Made by a program: the position numbers and the translations under genes. A stretch of 64,000 nucleotides of DNA from Eledone cirrhosa (lineage: Eukaryota): assembly GCA_964016885.1 (NCBI GenBank), contig OZ024745.1:118606001-118670000 (forward strand), written 5' to 3'. The notes beneath the pieces are model-generated. The model saw only the letters and a program-made list of their open reading frames with translations, was not told where the DNA came from and made no database searches. Shown in pieces: positions 63,660 through 64,000 of the stretch; within the stretch, counting starts at the first letter, position 1; the number at the start of each line of letters is the position of its first letter.

Positions 63660-63842
63660 AAAATAATTTTCTACTTTAGGCACAAGGCCAGCAAATTACC
63701 CAGTGCATTACTGGTACTTTATTTTATCGACCCCCGTAAGGATGAAAGGCAAAGTCAACCTCGGCAGGATTTGAACTCAGATCGTAAAGGGACGTAACTA
63801 TGCTGGAAAGCATGGCGTCCGACCCTCTACCGATACTGCCAA
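63660..63842 (-). mobile_element. Family A SINE (young subfamily)
   Basis: Family motifs with CpGs retained. Confidence 0.9.
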
Positions 63843-64000
63843 AAAAATGACACATATATACATACACACACAACACGTGCCTTTATGTAAGATCTATGGC
63901 CTTTATAAACATTAAGAGTGAAAGCAGCGATTCTTTGCTTAAACTTTAATCTGCTATTTTAATAAATATTTGCTCGTCAGGTTTTTTATATATCTTTATT

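Overview
AT-rich eukaryotic DNA, almost entirely transposon fossils and tandem repeats. I found no intact protein-coding gene, tRNA, rRNA or CRISPR array, so it reads as intergenic DNA or a very large intron. The SINE and MITE repertoire resembles coleoid cephalopod (Octopus-like) genomes; this is recognition from memory, not a search result. Retroelements: three tRNA-headed SINE superfamilies (Meta-domain, CORE-domain, RTE-tailed), two RTE LINE families, a bipartite RTE derivative, CRE-clade, CR1 and CCHC-ending LINE fragments, and a Penelope-like GIY-YIG fragment. DNA elements: a decayed Helitron PIF1 helicase, about 12 TTAA/piggyBac-type MITEs and Tc1/mariner/pogo MITEs. Most notable: (i) a structurally complete type I hammerhead ribozyme on the minus strand (48970-49041); (ii) a SINE whose built-in 48-bp internal duplication expands into minisatellites, seen here at 1, 2, about 6.5 and about 29 units; (iii) a 35-bp minisatellite grown from a LINE zinc-knuckle coding sequence; (iv) Meta-SINE insertions whose target-site duplications consistently start with ATTAT(T); (v) fold-back (template-switch) scars. 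The long ORFs in the supplied track are microsatellite artefacts. Coordinates were read by eye, and ends of decayed elements are approximate.
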